DNA of 60,929 bases, the filler included, from Basidiobolus meristosporus CBS 931.73 (lineage: Eukaryota > Fungi > Basidiobolomycota), in assembly GCA_002104905.1 (NCBI GenBank). It is 4 parts of 4 records of this genome, joined end to end, with 100 filler letters (N's around TTAATTAATTAA, not from the genome) between each part and the next. Parts side by side here need not be neighbours in the genome. Positions count along the whole stretch, not along the records: positions 1 to 10,046 come from MCFE01001311.1; positions 10,147 to 24,932 come from MCFE01001168.1; 2 more parts are not named here. The stretch is one strand, 5' to 3'. Shown in pieces: positions 1 through 11,587 of this stretch (position 1 is the first letter of the stretch; each line of letters opens with the position of its first letter). A program made the translations under genes and the position numbers. The notes under the pieces were generated by a model. It ran no database searches. It had not been told where the DNA came from and worked only from the letters and a program-made list of their open reading frames with translations.

Positions 1-1630
1 CAGATACTCCTGTCCAACAATGGTGGTTCTTTCCTGAATAACACAGTGGCCCATTTGTGCAAAATTATGGGTGTGAAACAGGTCTTCATGGCCACATATC
101 ACCCCCAGACCAACAGATTAACCAAGATGATGAACCAGATGTGTTGCTGCATACTAGAGAAGCTTCACTGGCAACTTCTCCAGTAATGGGCCAATCTGCT
201 CCACTGACCCTTCTAGTAATGCGTACAATACCAAATAAAACAGCAGGTTTCTCCCTGTACAAAGTTCTGTATAGACAAAGGCCCAAGTGGCATGAAGAAG
301 CTGGATTGACAATGGAAGGTGTCCCCTTGATGACATATAACAACTATGTAGAAAGGTTGATACACTGTATTGCCCACTTATACATAAAAGTACCCAAAAA
401 AGTTGACAAGCACCTTCCCCCTCCACCAAAAAAAGAGAAACTAATGGGACAAGAGTGGAAATCAGGCAATAAGGTGTAGTACAACCAAACCATTGCAGGC
501 CTCAAGTTTTGCCAACAATTTACTCCCTGACAGATTGGCCCTTGCACCATTATTGGTTTGGATCACAGACCAAGTACACAATCACCCTATACAATAAGAC
601 AATCAGCAACATATCTCCAGCCCATCTGAAATCAAAGTGTGATTAAACAATTATCAGGACAAGGATAGAGGAAGGCATGGGATACATATGAAGTTTATGA
701 GAGGAGATTTTAGTCAACATAGGTACATATTATATACATGAGGAAGGTTGCCCAGAAGGGAGAACAAAAGAATGCATATGGGAAGCGCCAAAGGTAACAG
801 TTCACCTGAAACTGGTGACACCCCTCCCACCAGCAAGATTCAAGATGTAATCAAAAACAAGACTGACCTGCAAGTGTTGAGAGATATGGTATAAGTGTTA
901 CGTGCAACTAATGCCACCTATGAAGTGTTGTTTGCCAGAGCAGTCATGCTGATACAAGACACAATCAGCAAGGGATGAGACAAGTTACCCATGCCAATAC
1001 AAAGTATGGAGATACTACCCAAGAAGACCATGTACCACCTGAGAGGAGGCCCCTTAATCATTAAGGAGGAGGATGCTGCACTTATTCCTGTATCCATACT
1101 GGACACAGTCAGACAGAAGATGCAAGGAATCAACTGTTGTGCCCTCACTAGGCCTTGAGAGCCCCCCTGTTTTGTTGCATACTTGCCCTTAATAGGTACC
1201 ATGGTTGTTGAGGTATGCGCAGACCTGGTACAAACCACAAGAGCACCAGAAGTAGAACTCCCATTCAAAGGACTCCTTCAAGAACTTTGCAAACATCTAG
1301 AACCGCATTTTCAAGAAGGAAGCATCCTAGAGAAGATATGCAAACAGATTAAATACACCCGCTAGTTGACCCATGCAATCCACCAAGTTGCTCTGTTACA
1401 ACTATTACGGTTGTTTACCATGGGACAACTCAGGAACCAGTACAAAGTCCAACTCCAAGAAGCCAAAGAAGCCACTGTGGACTTGATAGAAACCATGAGG
1501 CATGTGCAATAACGCCTCAATTGTGCCACAGCCTCTATAGAAGAACTACAGAACATCTTGGAAGAAGCAAAAACCTGTTATCAACAACAGGTGACTGTTG
1601 AACAAGTGTATGCCCACTTCAAAAGAGCCC
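1..1630 (+). mobile_element. Degenerate Ty3/gypsy-type element: integrase core/SH3 end plus downstream in-frame extension (older copy of 25216-27153)
   Basis: Translates to ILSNNGGSF...YHPQT...LLVMRTIPNKTAGFSLYKVLYRQRP and a WIGP-type SH3 tail. Colinear with 25216-26850 but carries many stops and CpG->TpG/CpA changes. Confidence 0.85.
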
Positions 1631-2690
1631 CTGGTGTGGTAGGGTAAACACACACAACAGTGCCCAAAGAGAAAGTCCTCAGAGAAACCTATCACAGTAT
1701 AGGAGGGAGAAAATGTAGTGTTTACACCAAAGCCCAAAAATCAAAAGACACTGAAGATCTGTGAGGCTGTTGAGTGCCTTGATGAAGAGTATGCTTATGT
1801 GCATAAGGCCATTAGAAGTCTAGCACACCAACACCTTAAGGCTGGCATACCATGGCACCATTAGGAGCTCAAGGTCAAGCAGGATGTGCTTGACTTGCTC
1901 CATGCACATTATCCTGGATTCAAACAAGCAAAGAGATTTTGGGCCAGCATTGATATGCTGAGCAAGTATCTGAACAATAGCAGAGACTATCAAAGGCAGA
2001 AGAACAATGGTGTAATGGCTAAAAACCAGCAGCTTCCTCATGAGCCTGCTACAGGAAGGGCCAAAAGCTTCAAACAAGCAACAAAGAGACATCAGGTAGC
2101 TAGAAGAGTGCCAATAAGGAAAAGCAGGCAGACACAGGTGCACCAGCACAACATTTTCCAAGGAAAAAGCATATTTCTATTCAAAAAGCACTTTGTCACA
2201 GTAGCAGAAAGGGATATGACCGTGATAGAGACTGGCACCTACCCCAGGAGCCCATCACAGCATGGGCTGAGAGTTTGAAATAAGCAAGAAAGAAGTGTAA
2301 GGTAGCCTGCAGAGTGCCAGCAAGGGACAAGCAGGCCAAAACAGATGCATCCAAGCAGCATATCTAAAGGAGAAAATATAGTTCAATACAAGAGGCACTT
2401 GGTCAAAGTAGCAGTGAGAGACCTGGCAGTGATAAATGAAGAGGTAAAGGGAAAAAAGTCTACACAAGACAGAGACAGGGAAGTGTATGAAAAAAGCTGC
2501 AGTTCTTACCAACTAATGCTGTAAGCCAGGAACAAGCTGAATCCCATCATATCCAAGAAGAATTACCAACAAGAAAACATTTGTTCTCACAAGAGTTGGA
2601 AGTGCAGGCAGTTGAGCTACAGTCCAGTGAGGTAGATGAGTTTGCAGAGAAAGGCAATTTGTCTACCACAGTCTCCACATCTTTCATTTG
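1631..2690 (+). other. CpG-poor repeat-derived segment with a broken ORF (LDLLHAHYPGFKQAKRFWASIDMLSKYLNNSRD), family unassigned
   Basis: Similarity to the 26.8 kb copy stops after ...TTCAAAAGAGCCCCT. The region is purine-rich with ORF 1886-2278 and almost no CpG. Confidence 0.3.
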
Positions 2691-2809
2691 TCATGTCACA
2701 AAAATGCATGGCATTATCTTGGTCCACTGGTAGTATCTGGCACTATCAGTGCTTTGTATAGGTCTTACTTTAGGGCTAATAATTAAATATAGTGCCAGAT
2801 AGTCATCTG

Positions 2810-3664
2810 TCAGGCTATTCAAGATGGTTACTATTGCATCCTTATCAGTAGTTGGTACACCCACAGGTTCCACTTCATCTACCAGCAGGGTAATTCTGTT
2901 AATTAAATTTTTTATTTCTTCTTCTGGCAGCATCTTTGTAGTAAAGAATTTTTGTCTCAGACACACTTCCTTAGCAGCTGAACATGACCGGTAGGTGTCT
3001 TCTAATGCCTTTCAGGTATTCTTTGCTGTTTTTGCTCTTGAGCATTGAATTAGCAATTTGTCTTTAACATTAAGGCAAACACAGTTAAAGGCACTTTGTT
3101 CTTCCTTCTGGTACTTTAAGGCTTCCTCTCCCATATTTTTTGGAGGGCATTCTTCTCCCATGACAATATCCCAAATGCCTCTTTCTTGTAGCAGCATCTA
3201 CATCTTCCCCTTCCACACTTGATAGTAAGATCCATCCAACTTTTCAGCAGAGGGAAAGATTCCAGTAATAGCAGTGATGGACATTGCAGAGAGTGACAGC
3301 TTGGGGCTCATAACCTGTTGTAAGAGTCTAGGAGATGTTGGAAGTGATGGGGAAGGCAAGTAAATTATGTGGTTTTCACTTGATGATTTATTGAATGTAA
3401 AAGCAGTATTTATACTTTAACATGGCCTTGACATTACAAGCACGTAGAATAGGTTAAGGAAGGTCCCAAGAACATGTGTGCAAAGACTGGTGCTGTTTGG
3501 ACAACTTTGAGAATTTTCATTTTCTGGGTACCTAGTATTTTGCTGAAAATATTTCAAGTAAATCCCAGCAAGGAATTTGTTCAGTATTCTCTAGGATTTG
3601 ACGGTAATGATCTAAGTGACTAAGTTAGATGAATATTTAGGTGGAAATATGAATTTTTACAGCA
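2810..3664 (-). mobile_element. Ty1/copia 5' fragment: LTR (3316-3664), PBS and degenerate gag N-terminus
   Basis: Close copy of 6280-7132. The gag reads MSITAITGIFPSAEKLDGS...GVPTTDKDAIVTILNSLTD with stops. PBS GGTTATGAGCCC lies at 3304-3315. Confidence 0.9.
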
Positions 3665-4890
3665 GAAACTGCACAGAAATTGGTCAAAATTACAGCCAAA
3701 AAGTGTAAAAGGCATATTTCTGGGCTACTGCATTGAGAGTAAGGCTTACAAACTCTATAATACCAAAGCAAAGAAGCTGGTCAAGTGCAGGGATGTGTTG
3801 TTTGATGAAAATTCAAAATATTTACAAAAAATGACATCAGATGATGACAAAAATATGATCTCATTTCCACCAATTGGCAAAATAGAATCAGAGCAAATCA
3901 ATGAAAATTTTTTCACTCCACAGGACTCAACAACCATGGTTCAGCCTGAATCAGTGCCCAGGAATATCCAAGATGTGATCATTCAGTATCAAATGCCTGG
4001 AGATCCAATCAGACAAGAAATAGCCCAAATTACTATATCAATGAGGGTACAAACATAGCCTATGCCTATTCAGTCCATATTGATAAGTCCCAGACTGTAA
4101 AGGAGGCCCTAGATAGCCCTCAGACAAAGCTTTGGAGATCTGCAATGACTGAGGAATTTCAGGCTCTGATGGAATCAAACTTGGGACCTGGTCAAATTAT
4201 TAATCAACCAAATCTTAATTGGATAAAGATGGTCTTTAAAGCAAAGTATATGGCTGATGGTACAGCTGAAAGATACAAAGCAAGACTTGTGGCCAAAGGA
4301 TACTCTCAAACAAAAGGACTTGACTGCACTGAGACCTTTGCATTGGCAGCCAAGTTTAATTCTGTCAGATTGATATTGGGTATTGCAGCCAAATAAAAGT
4401 TTTTTATACATCTAATGGAGGTAAAAACTGCATTTTTGAATGGATAACTTGATGAGGACATGTATATGGACCAGCCTAATGGGCTTGTTGACCAAGATAA
4501 CCCCCATTTGGTCTCCAAGCTTAAAAAGTCTCTATATGGTCTCAAACAATCACCAAGAGCCTGGAATTGCAAGATAGATTCTTATTTGGAATCTTTGAGT
4601 TTCAAAAGGAGTAATGCTGACTATAGTATATACTATAAGCCAGATAGAGCAAATCCAGTTCTATTAGCTCTATATGTGGATGATCTTATTATAGCCACCA
4701 ATAACCTAGAAACATTGGAAGAGACTAAATCCAGCCTATCTAAGGAGTTCAAGATGTCCGATCTAGGAGAACTCAGTTACTACTTAGGGATTAAGTTCTC
4801 CATAGACAGAAGTACCCAGACTATTACCCTAAGCCAATCCAAGTATATTCAAGATATACTAAAGAAGTACAAAATGGAAGACTGTAAGTA
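3665..4890 (+). mobile_element. Ty1/copia internal fragment: integrase SH3 region and reverse transcriptase (degenerate)
   Basis: KSVKGIFLGYCIESKAYKLY, RYKARLVAKGYSQ, KKSLYGLKQSPRAWN and LALYVDDLII motifs are present, with stops and frameshifts. Confidence 0.92.
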
Positions 4891-7132
4891 TTCTGTTATA
4901 ACTCCTATTTTTAAGATATACGGCAGTGGCAACTGATTCCGCCCAAAAATCATAGGATAATTTTTGATCATGGATCATAGATCTTGCCATATCAATTATT
5001 GATCTGTTAGCTCGTTCTGCTACTCCATTTTGCTGTGGGGAGTATGGTACAGTAGTCTCTTGCTTTATCCCATGAATTTTGCAGAAGTGGATGAAGAGTT
5101 TTGAGGTATATTCTCCACCATTGTCAGAGCGTATTTTCTTGATTTTTTCACCAGTTTCTCTCTCCACCATGGCTTTAAACTCCCTGAACTTAGACAGAGC
5201 TTCTTCCTTTCTCTCCATGAAGTAGACCCATGTGTATCTTGTATAATCATCAATAAAAGTGATTAAATACTTCATCCCGCCTAAGGATAAATTTTGCATA
5301 GGTCCACACAGATCTGAGTGAATTAGATCTAATTTTTTCTTAGTTTTGATTAACCCAGAGCTCTTGAACGGTTGTCTGGCTTGTTTCCCATATATGCAGG
5401 CTTCACAGTGCTCCAAAATAGCTGGGGGATCAATTTTCACTCCAGAAATTAGCTGATCTTTGATCATTTTGCGCAAATAATCAAAATTGATGTGCCCAAA
5501 TCTCCTGTGCCAAAGCATTGGTGTTTCTTCATTTAAGTTACTTATATTGGCTTCCAGATATGATGGAATATAAGTCAACTTGTATAGGTTCTGATCTCTG
5601 ATGCCTGAAGCAATATGGGCACCATTTTGATCAGTGATCCTGCATCCAGAATTGTCAAAACTGAAACTGAGTCCTTCTGCAGTGGCCTTGCTTACAGAGA
5701 GTAGGTTCTTGGCTATTTCTGGTACATAGAGTACTTCTTTAAAGGTCAGTGTATGGCTTCCTTCACTGCTTCTAAGGTTTACTTGGATAGTTCCTTCTCC
5801 CACTGCATCAAGTGTTCTATCGTTACCCATGAAAACCTTCTTAATTGGGATTTCTTGATATTGGGTAAAAAGTTCTTTTTGGTGTGTAAAGTGTTGAGAA
5901 GCTCCAGAGTCAATATACCACGTCTGAGAATCCTTGTTTGTGGTCATATTTAGTGCAGATATGAATAGTCTATCTTCAGTTGTTGCAGCATTTCCATATT
6001 CAGGCTTCTTTTGCTGATAATCTCTCTTTTTGAAACACCGGTCTGATGTGTGTCCTTTCCTTTTGCAGTAGTTGCAAAATAGGTTGCTGTTGCCTTTGTA
6101 GGGTCTTGGGTACCTCCTTTGCTGGTTATCATTGCTTATTAAAGCATTTTCTTCTTCCTTCTTATTGGCGCTTGATTTTCTTAATTCTTCATCCAGGAGC
6201 CTTCCATATACGTAATTTAAGGTCAAATCTTCAGTTCTGGACTCTAGGGCTGATACAAGGCCCTGAAACTCGTCTGTCAGGCTATTCAGGATGGTAACTA
6301 TCACATCCTCATCAGTGGTTGGTACACCCACAGATTCCATCTCATCTACCAGCAGGGTAATTCTGTTAATTAGATTTTTCATTTCTTCTCCTGGCAGCAT
6401 CTTTGTAGTAAAGAATTTTCTTCTCAGATACATTTTCTTGGCAGCTGAACATGACTGGTAGGTGTCTTCTAATGCTTTCCAGGCATTCTTTGCCGTTTTT
6501 GCTCTTGAGCATTGAATTAGCAATTTGTCCTTGACATTAAGGCAAATGCAGTTAAAGGCACTTTGTTCTTTCTTCTGGTACTTCAAGGCTTCCTCTCCCA
6601 CGTTTTTAGGAGGGCATTCTTCTCCCATGACAATATCCCAAAGGCCTCTTTCTTGTAGCAGCATCTTCATCTTCACCTTCCACACTTGGTAGTTAGATCC
6701 ATCCAACTTTTCAGCAGAGGGAAAAATTCCAGTAATAGCAGTAGTAGACATTGCAGAGAGTGACAGCTCGGGGCTCATAACCTGTTGTAAGAGTCTTGGA
6801 GATATTGGAAGTGATTGGGAGAACAAGTAGATTATGTGGTTTTCACTTAATGATTTATTGAATGTAAAAGTGGTATTTATACTTTTACATGGTCTTGGCA
6901 TTACAAACACGTAGAATAGGTTAAGGAAGGTCCCAAGAACATGTGTGCAAAGTTTGGGGCTGTTTAGACAACTTTGAGAATTTTCATGTTCTGGGTACCT
7001 GGTATTTTGGTGAAAATATTCTAAGTAAATCCCGACAAGGAATTTGGTCAGTATTCTCTAGGATTTGAAGGTGATGATCTAAGTGACTAAGTTAGGTGAA
7101 TATTTAGGTGGAAAATACGAATTTTTACAACA
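4891..7132 (-). mobile_element. Ty1/copia element 5' half: LTR (6783-7132), PBS and open gag-protease-integrase ORF (ATG 6751), truncated after the integrase core
   Basis: Motifs KLDGSNYQVWK (UBN2 gag), CNYCKRKGHTSDRC zinc knuckle, WYIDSGASQH protease, LWHRRFGH/CEAC, HSDLCGP, IRSDNGGEY and PQQNGVAERANR are all in one frame. Confidence 0.95.
6771..6782 (-). promoter_or_regulatory. Primer-binding site GGTTATGAGCCC, complementary to the initiator tRNA-Met anticodon arm
   Basis: It immediately follows the LTR end ...CTTACAACA on the minus strand. Copies occur at 3304-3315 and, as a variant, at 7212-7223. Confidence 0.85.
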
Positions 7133-7572
7133 GTTAGATCCATCCAATTTTTCAGCAGAGGGAAAAATTCCAGTAATAGCAGTAGTAGACATTGCAGAGA
7201 GCGACAGCTTGGGACTCATAACCTGTTGTAAGAGCCTTGAAGATATTGGAAGTGATTGGGAGAACAAGTAGCCTATGTGGTTATTACTTAATGATTTATT
7301 GTGTGTAAAAGTAATATTTATACTTTTACCTGGTATTGGCATAGCAAACACATAGAATAGGTTAAAGAAGGTCCTAAGAACATGTGTGCAAAGTTTGGGG
7401 CTGTTTGGACAACTTTGAGAACTTTCATATTCTGGGTAACTGATATTTTGGTGAAAATATTCCAAGTGAATCCCAACAAGGAATTTGGTCAGTAATCTCT
7501 AGGATATGAAGGTAATGATCTAAGTGACTAAGTTAGGTGAATATTTAGGTGGAAATACAAATTTTCACAACA
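7133..7572 (-). mobile_element. Copia LTR (7224-7572), PBS and about 60 nt of gag, interrupted by the next LTR
   Basis: The minus strand reads LTR-GGTTATGAGTCC...MSTTAITGIFPSAEKLDGSN|TGTTGTAAAAATT. Confidence 0.9.
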
Positions 7573-8513
7573 ATCTGAACTATGGATTTGATCATATTGC
7601 AGCAGTTAAGTGGATTTTTAGATACCTAAAAGGAACTGCTGATAACTGCTTAAGATACACTTATAAGGATTCAGAGCAGGATCTTGTGTGATACTCCAAT
7701 GCTGATTGGGGACAAAATTTGGAAGACAGAAGATCCACCACAGGATACACCTTTCTTCACTGTAAAGGAGCAATTTCATGAAATTCAAGAAAGCAACCAA
7801 CCATAGCACTTTCTACCACAGAAGCAGAGTATATGGCAGCCTGTGAAGCTACAAAAGAAGCAATGTGGTTAAGAAAGCTTTTTACAGATTTAGGTCTATG
7901 TCAAAAACTCCTATTACCTTATTTCAAGATAATCAAGGATGTATACAACTGGGTAGAAATCCAACTTTTCATGCTAGAACTAAGCACATAGATATTAGAC
8001 ATCATTTCATACATGAAGCTATAGAGAATAGCTTAGTTAGCTTAGTTCACTGTCCTTCAGATGAAATGATTGCAGACATATTTACCAAACCATTAGCTAG
8101 AGACAAGCTTGAGTATCTTAGGTCAAAATTAGGACTAGTCAGTATGAACACTTAGCTGAGTGGGAGTGTTGTAAAAGTTTGTAATTCCACCTATATATTC
8201 ACCTAACTTTGGCACTTGGATCATTGCCTTCAAATCATAGAGTATACTGACTAAATCCCTTGTTGGGATTTACTTGGAATATATTCACCAAAATACCAGG
8301 TACCCAGAACATGAAGATTCTCAAAGTTGTCCAAACAGCCGCAAGTTTTGACACATGTTCTTGGGACATTGCTAAACCTATACTATGTGGCTTTTACTCT
8401 AAGACCATGCCAAAGTATAAATACTACTTTTACATTCAATGAATCATCAAGTGAAACCGCATAGTCTACTTGTTCATGCAATTGCTTTCAATATCTCTAA
8501 GACACTTACGACA
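7573..8513 (+). mobile_element. Copia 3' end: RT end/RNase H, polypurine tract and 3' LTR (8167-8513)
   Basis: HIAAVKWIFRYLKGT, RRSTTGY and [14 protein letters not shown]...ADIFTKPL are present. GAGTGGGAG precedes TGTTGTAAAAG, and the LTR is the reverse complement of 6783-7132. Confidence 0.92.
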
Positions 8514-8948
8514 AGATCCATCCAACTCTTCAGCAGAGGGATAAGTTCCAGTTATAGCAGTAGTGTACATTACAGAGAGTGACAGCCTGGGACTTGTTGC
8601 CTGATGTAAGAGTTTTAAAGATGTTGGAGGTGATTGGGAGAACCAGTAGGTTATGTGGTTTTTACTAGATGCTTAATTAAATGTAAAAGTAGATTTATAC
8701 TTTTACATGGACTTGGCAAAAATATACATATAGAATATGCTTAGGAAGGTCACAAGGGTATGTATGTAGAGTTTGGGGTTGTTTGGACATCTCTAAGAAA
8801 TCTGATATTTTGAGTACCCAATGTCTTGGTAAAATATTCAAGGTAGATCACAGCAAGGGATTTAGTCTGTATTCTTTAAGATTGGCAGATAATAACTCAA
8901 GTGACTATGCTAGGTGAATATCTAGATGGATTGCGAATTTTTACAATA
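8514..8948 (-). mobile_element. Older copia LTR (8602-8948), decayed PBS and about 60 nt of gag
   Basis: Diverged copy of 7133-7572; the gag remnant reads MYTTAITGTYPSAEELDGS. Confidence 0.85.
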
Positions 8949-8954
8949 AACACC

Positions 8955-9204
8955 ACATTGTATACATGTTCTCCCAATCACTTCTGGTACTGCTAGGACT
9001 CATACAACACCAAGAGCATGTGTGCCAAGTTTGTGGCTGTTAGGACAGCTTACTATTGCCCATGTGCTTGGCACATGCTGTTTTGGAGAAAATACTCTAG
9101 GTAAGTTGCTACAAGAAGTTTGGGCAGAATTCTCCAAGATCTGTGGACAATGATCTAAGTGGCCAAGTCAGGGGAATATTTAGGTGGAATTACAAGATTT
9201 GCAA
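8955..9204. repeat. Two diverged partial copia LTR fragments in opposite orientation
   Basis: TTCTCCCAATCACTTC...CATACAACA resembles the + LTR end, and GATCTAAGTGGCCAAGT...ATATTTAGGTGGAATT...GCAACA resembles the LTR terminus. Confidence 0.6.
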
Positions 9205-9706
9205 CATTGCCAAGGTGTGGTAGCCAACAGGAATCCAAGAGACTACTTGCAGTGGCACCCTGGATATTGGAGGCTGTACACATGGTGGTCCCTGGGGACA
9301 TGTAAGACCCACATTTTATCTGTCCATGACCCTTGGCAACCCAATTGGCATTTTGCATCCAGATATTCCATACCAGGTGATGGCATGCATTGGAAAGTGG
9401 AGGGGGGTTAGGAAGGATTGGGATTTATTGATACAGATTTCTGCTGATGGATACATTGGATCACCTGGAATGATCGGTAGTGGATAGGATGAAGGGGAGG
9501 GGCTGTGAAATGGATGTTGCCAGGAATCAACTACGTGTGCTATTGATCCCCAACATCGTGGTTTTGAATGCACCAGCGAGGGAATTCATCAAGTCTTGTG
9601 GTAGAGTGGAGTTGAGGCTTGGCAATCACCATCCACAGCATTTCAGGATTGCCATTGGGAATTGGAATATACACATGGGATGGAGATGGTGCAGTCCAAG
9701 ATGGGC

Positions 9707-10046
<340 letters not shown>

Positions 10047-10146
10047 NNNNNNNNNNNNNNNNNNNNNNNNNNNNNNNNNNNNNNNNNNNNTTAATTAATT
10101 AANNNNNNNNNNNNNNNNNNNNNNNNNNNNNNNNNNNNNNNNNNNN
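10047..10146. other. Assembly gap with artificial six-frame-stop linker TTAATTAATTAA
   Basis: A 100-nt N block with the linker at 10091-10102; the same structure recurs at the other two gaps. Confidence 0.98.
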
Positions 10147-10745
10147 CGGACTTGGGTGTGGGCGAGGACACGGACAACGGTGCAGTACTTCTTGATACGT
10201 TCCAATTCACGAAGGATGGGCTTGGCACCATCGGCGTGCTTCTTGGCATACTTGGTGAAAGCCTTCTTCTTGGAGCGGTACCAGTTCTTGTAGAATCTAC
10301 GCTTGACTTCGTCGGAAAGATGCTCGGCCCAGACGGTGGTCAAGGAGCGAAGACCACGGGGGTCTCGACGTAACCGACAACACCGACAACAACCATGGCA
10401 GGAGCCTCGATGATGGTGACAGGCTCAACGATTTCCTTCTTGTGGTTCTTGGATCCAGGACGATCCAAGTCACGGACAATGTGAGTCATACCGGCCTTGT
10501 AGCCCAAGAAGGCGGTCATGTGAACAGGCTTGGAGGGATCATCCTTGGGGAAGGACTTGACTCTTCCTCTATGTCTTCTGGCGCGCTTGCGGGGAAGGAA
10601 TCCTAACGAACCGTGGCGGGGAGCCTCGTACTTACGGTGAGACTAAGTTATTGAAGAACGATAGTTAGCATATACTCCTCCACATGAAAGAACACCCATC
10701 CGTCGATGGATGTGCCCATCAGCAATCGATACTAGAACTTACCAT
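10147..10745 (-). CDS. RPL3: 60S ribosomal protein L3 (uL3), 5' part; exon 1 is only the ATG
   Basis: ATG(10745-10743)|gtaagt...ttag|[21 protein letters not shown]...[11 protein letters not shown]...[20 protein letters not shown]. Confidence 0.97.
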
Positions 10746-11120
10746 GGTAGTCTAAGATGTGGAAGAGAGAGGATGCTCAATGGCCGGAGATTAGGAATTT
10801 ATTGGCCATGAGGCAATGGGGATAATCCATCTGAAAAAAATCTTTTACGACCACCATGGGTTCGATTGTTTTGTTGGCTTAAATGTTGCTTAACTAGACT
10901 CGATGTTGCCCAGAGTAATCTTGGAAAACGCTTGGTTGGTGAGTTGGTGGGTTCGTGGGTTGCAGTTTGCAGTTTGCTTTCTTCAATGCATGGTGTTTAT
11001 TAACTTAACATTTCTGAGAACATCAAAGGTAACTTAAAATTATAGCGGTTGCAAGGCATGAAATTAATATGACAGGAGAGTGTGCGGAGTGACCGGAGAG
11101 TCAAGAATGATTGGGTGTAT

Positions 11121-11587
11121 TTAGGCACGAGCGTTGACGTGAATCTTGGGCTTGACGTTGGTGACGGTCTCCAAAAGCTTAGCCAAGACCTTTTCCTTGT
11201 TTTCCTTGAAGGCGGCTTCAACATGCTTCATGCTCTCTTGAGTCTCTTGGAGAACCTTTTGGGCACCTTGATCGGAGGAACCAAGATGCTCTTGCTCCAT
11301 AGCCTTGAATTCTTGAGCCTTCTCAGCCTTGATGACCTCAATCTCCTTGGCGGCTTCGGAACGAGCCTCCTTCAAGCGTTGCACACGGTCTGCAGAACGT
11401 TTGTTAGGTCGGATGCTCAAAAAGGGGACATCGAGGAGGGAAAACTTACATTGCTTAGCTTGTTGAACAATTCTGGAGGCCTCCTTTTCAGCCTCAAGGA
11501 GGGTTTGGATACCTTGTGAGTTGGAAGCAGACTACAGAAAAGTTAGCCAGTTTTCCGGATAAACCTGAGAAGCTTGCAACCTACCAT
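11121..11587 (-). CDS. VMA10: V-ATPase V1 subunit G, 3 exons (ATG-only; 11531-11450; 11389-11121)
   Basis: Spliced product M|SASNSQGIQTLLEAEKEASRIVQQAKQ|YRVQRLKEARSEAAKEIE...KPKIHVNARA*, with GT-AG introns. Confidence 0.95.

Noticed and set aside
4859-4936. Apparent overlap of convergent ORFs 4460-4936(+) and 4859-6910(-)
   Set aside because: Both frames simply run through a deletion junction at about 4890 between two copia fragments; this is not an overlapping gene pair.
6752-6910. N-terminal extension of the copia ORF (MFVMPRP...) through the LTR
   Set aside because: It starts at a non-ATG codon inside the LTR. The gag homology begins at MSTTAIT (6751).
9205-9700. Possible gag zinc-knuckle/protease remnant on the minus strand (GHGQIKC, LLDS, VVDS)
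   Set aside because: It is too degraded to support a family call by eye.
10091-10102. TTAATTAATTAA palindrome-like motif inside N runs (also at the other gaps)
   Set aside because: It is an artificial six-frame stop linker, not biological.
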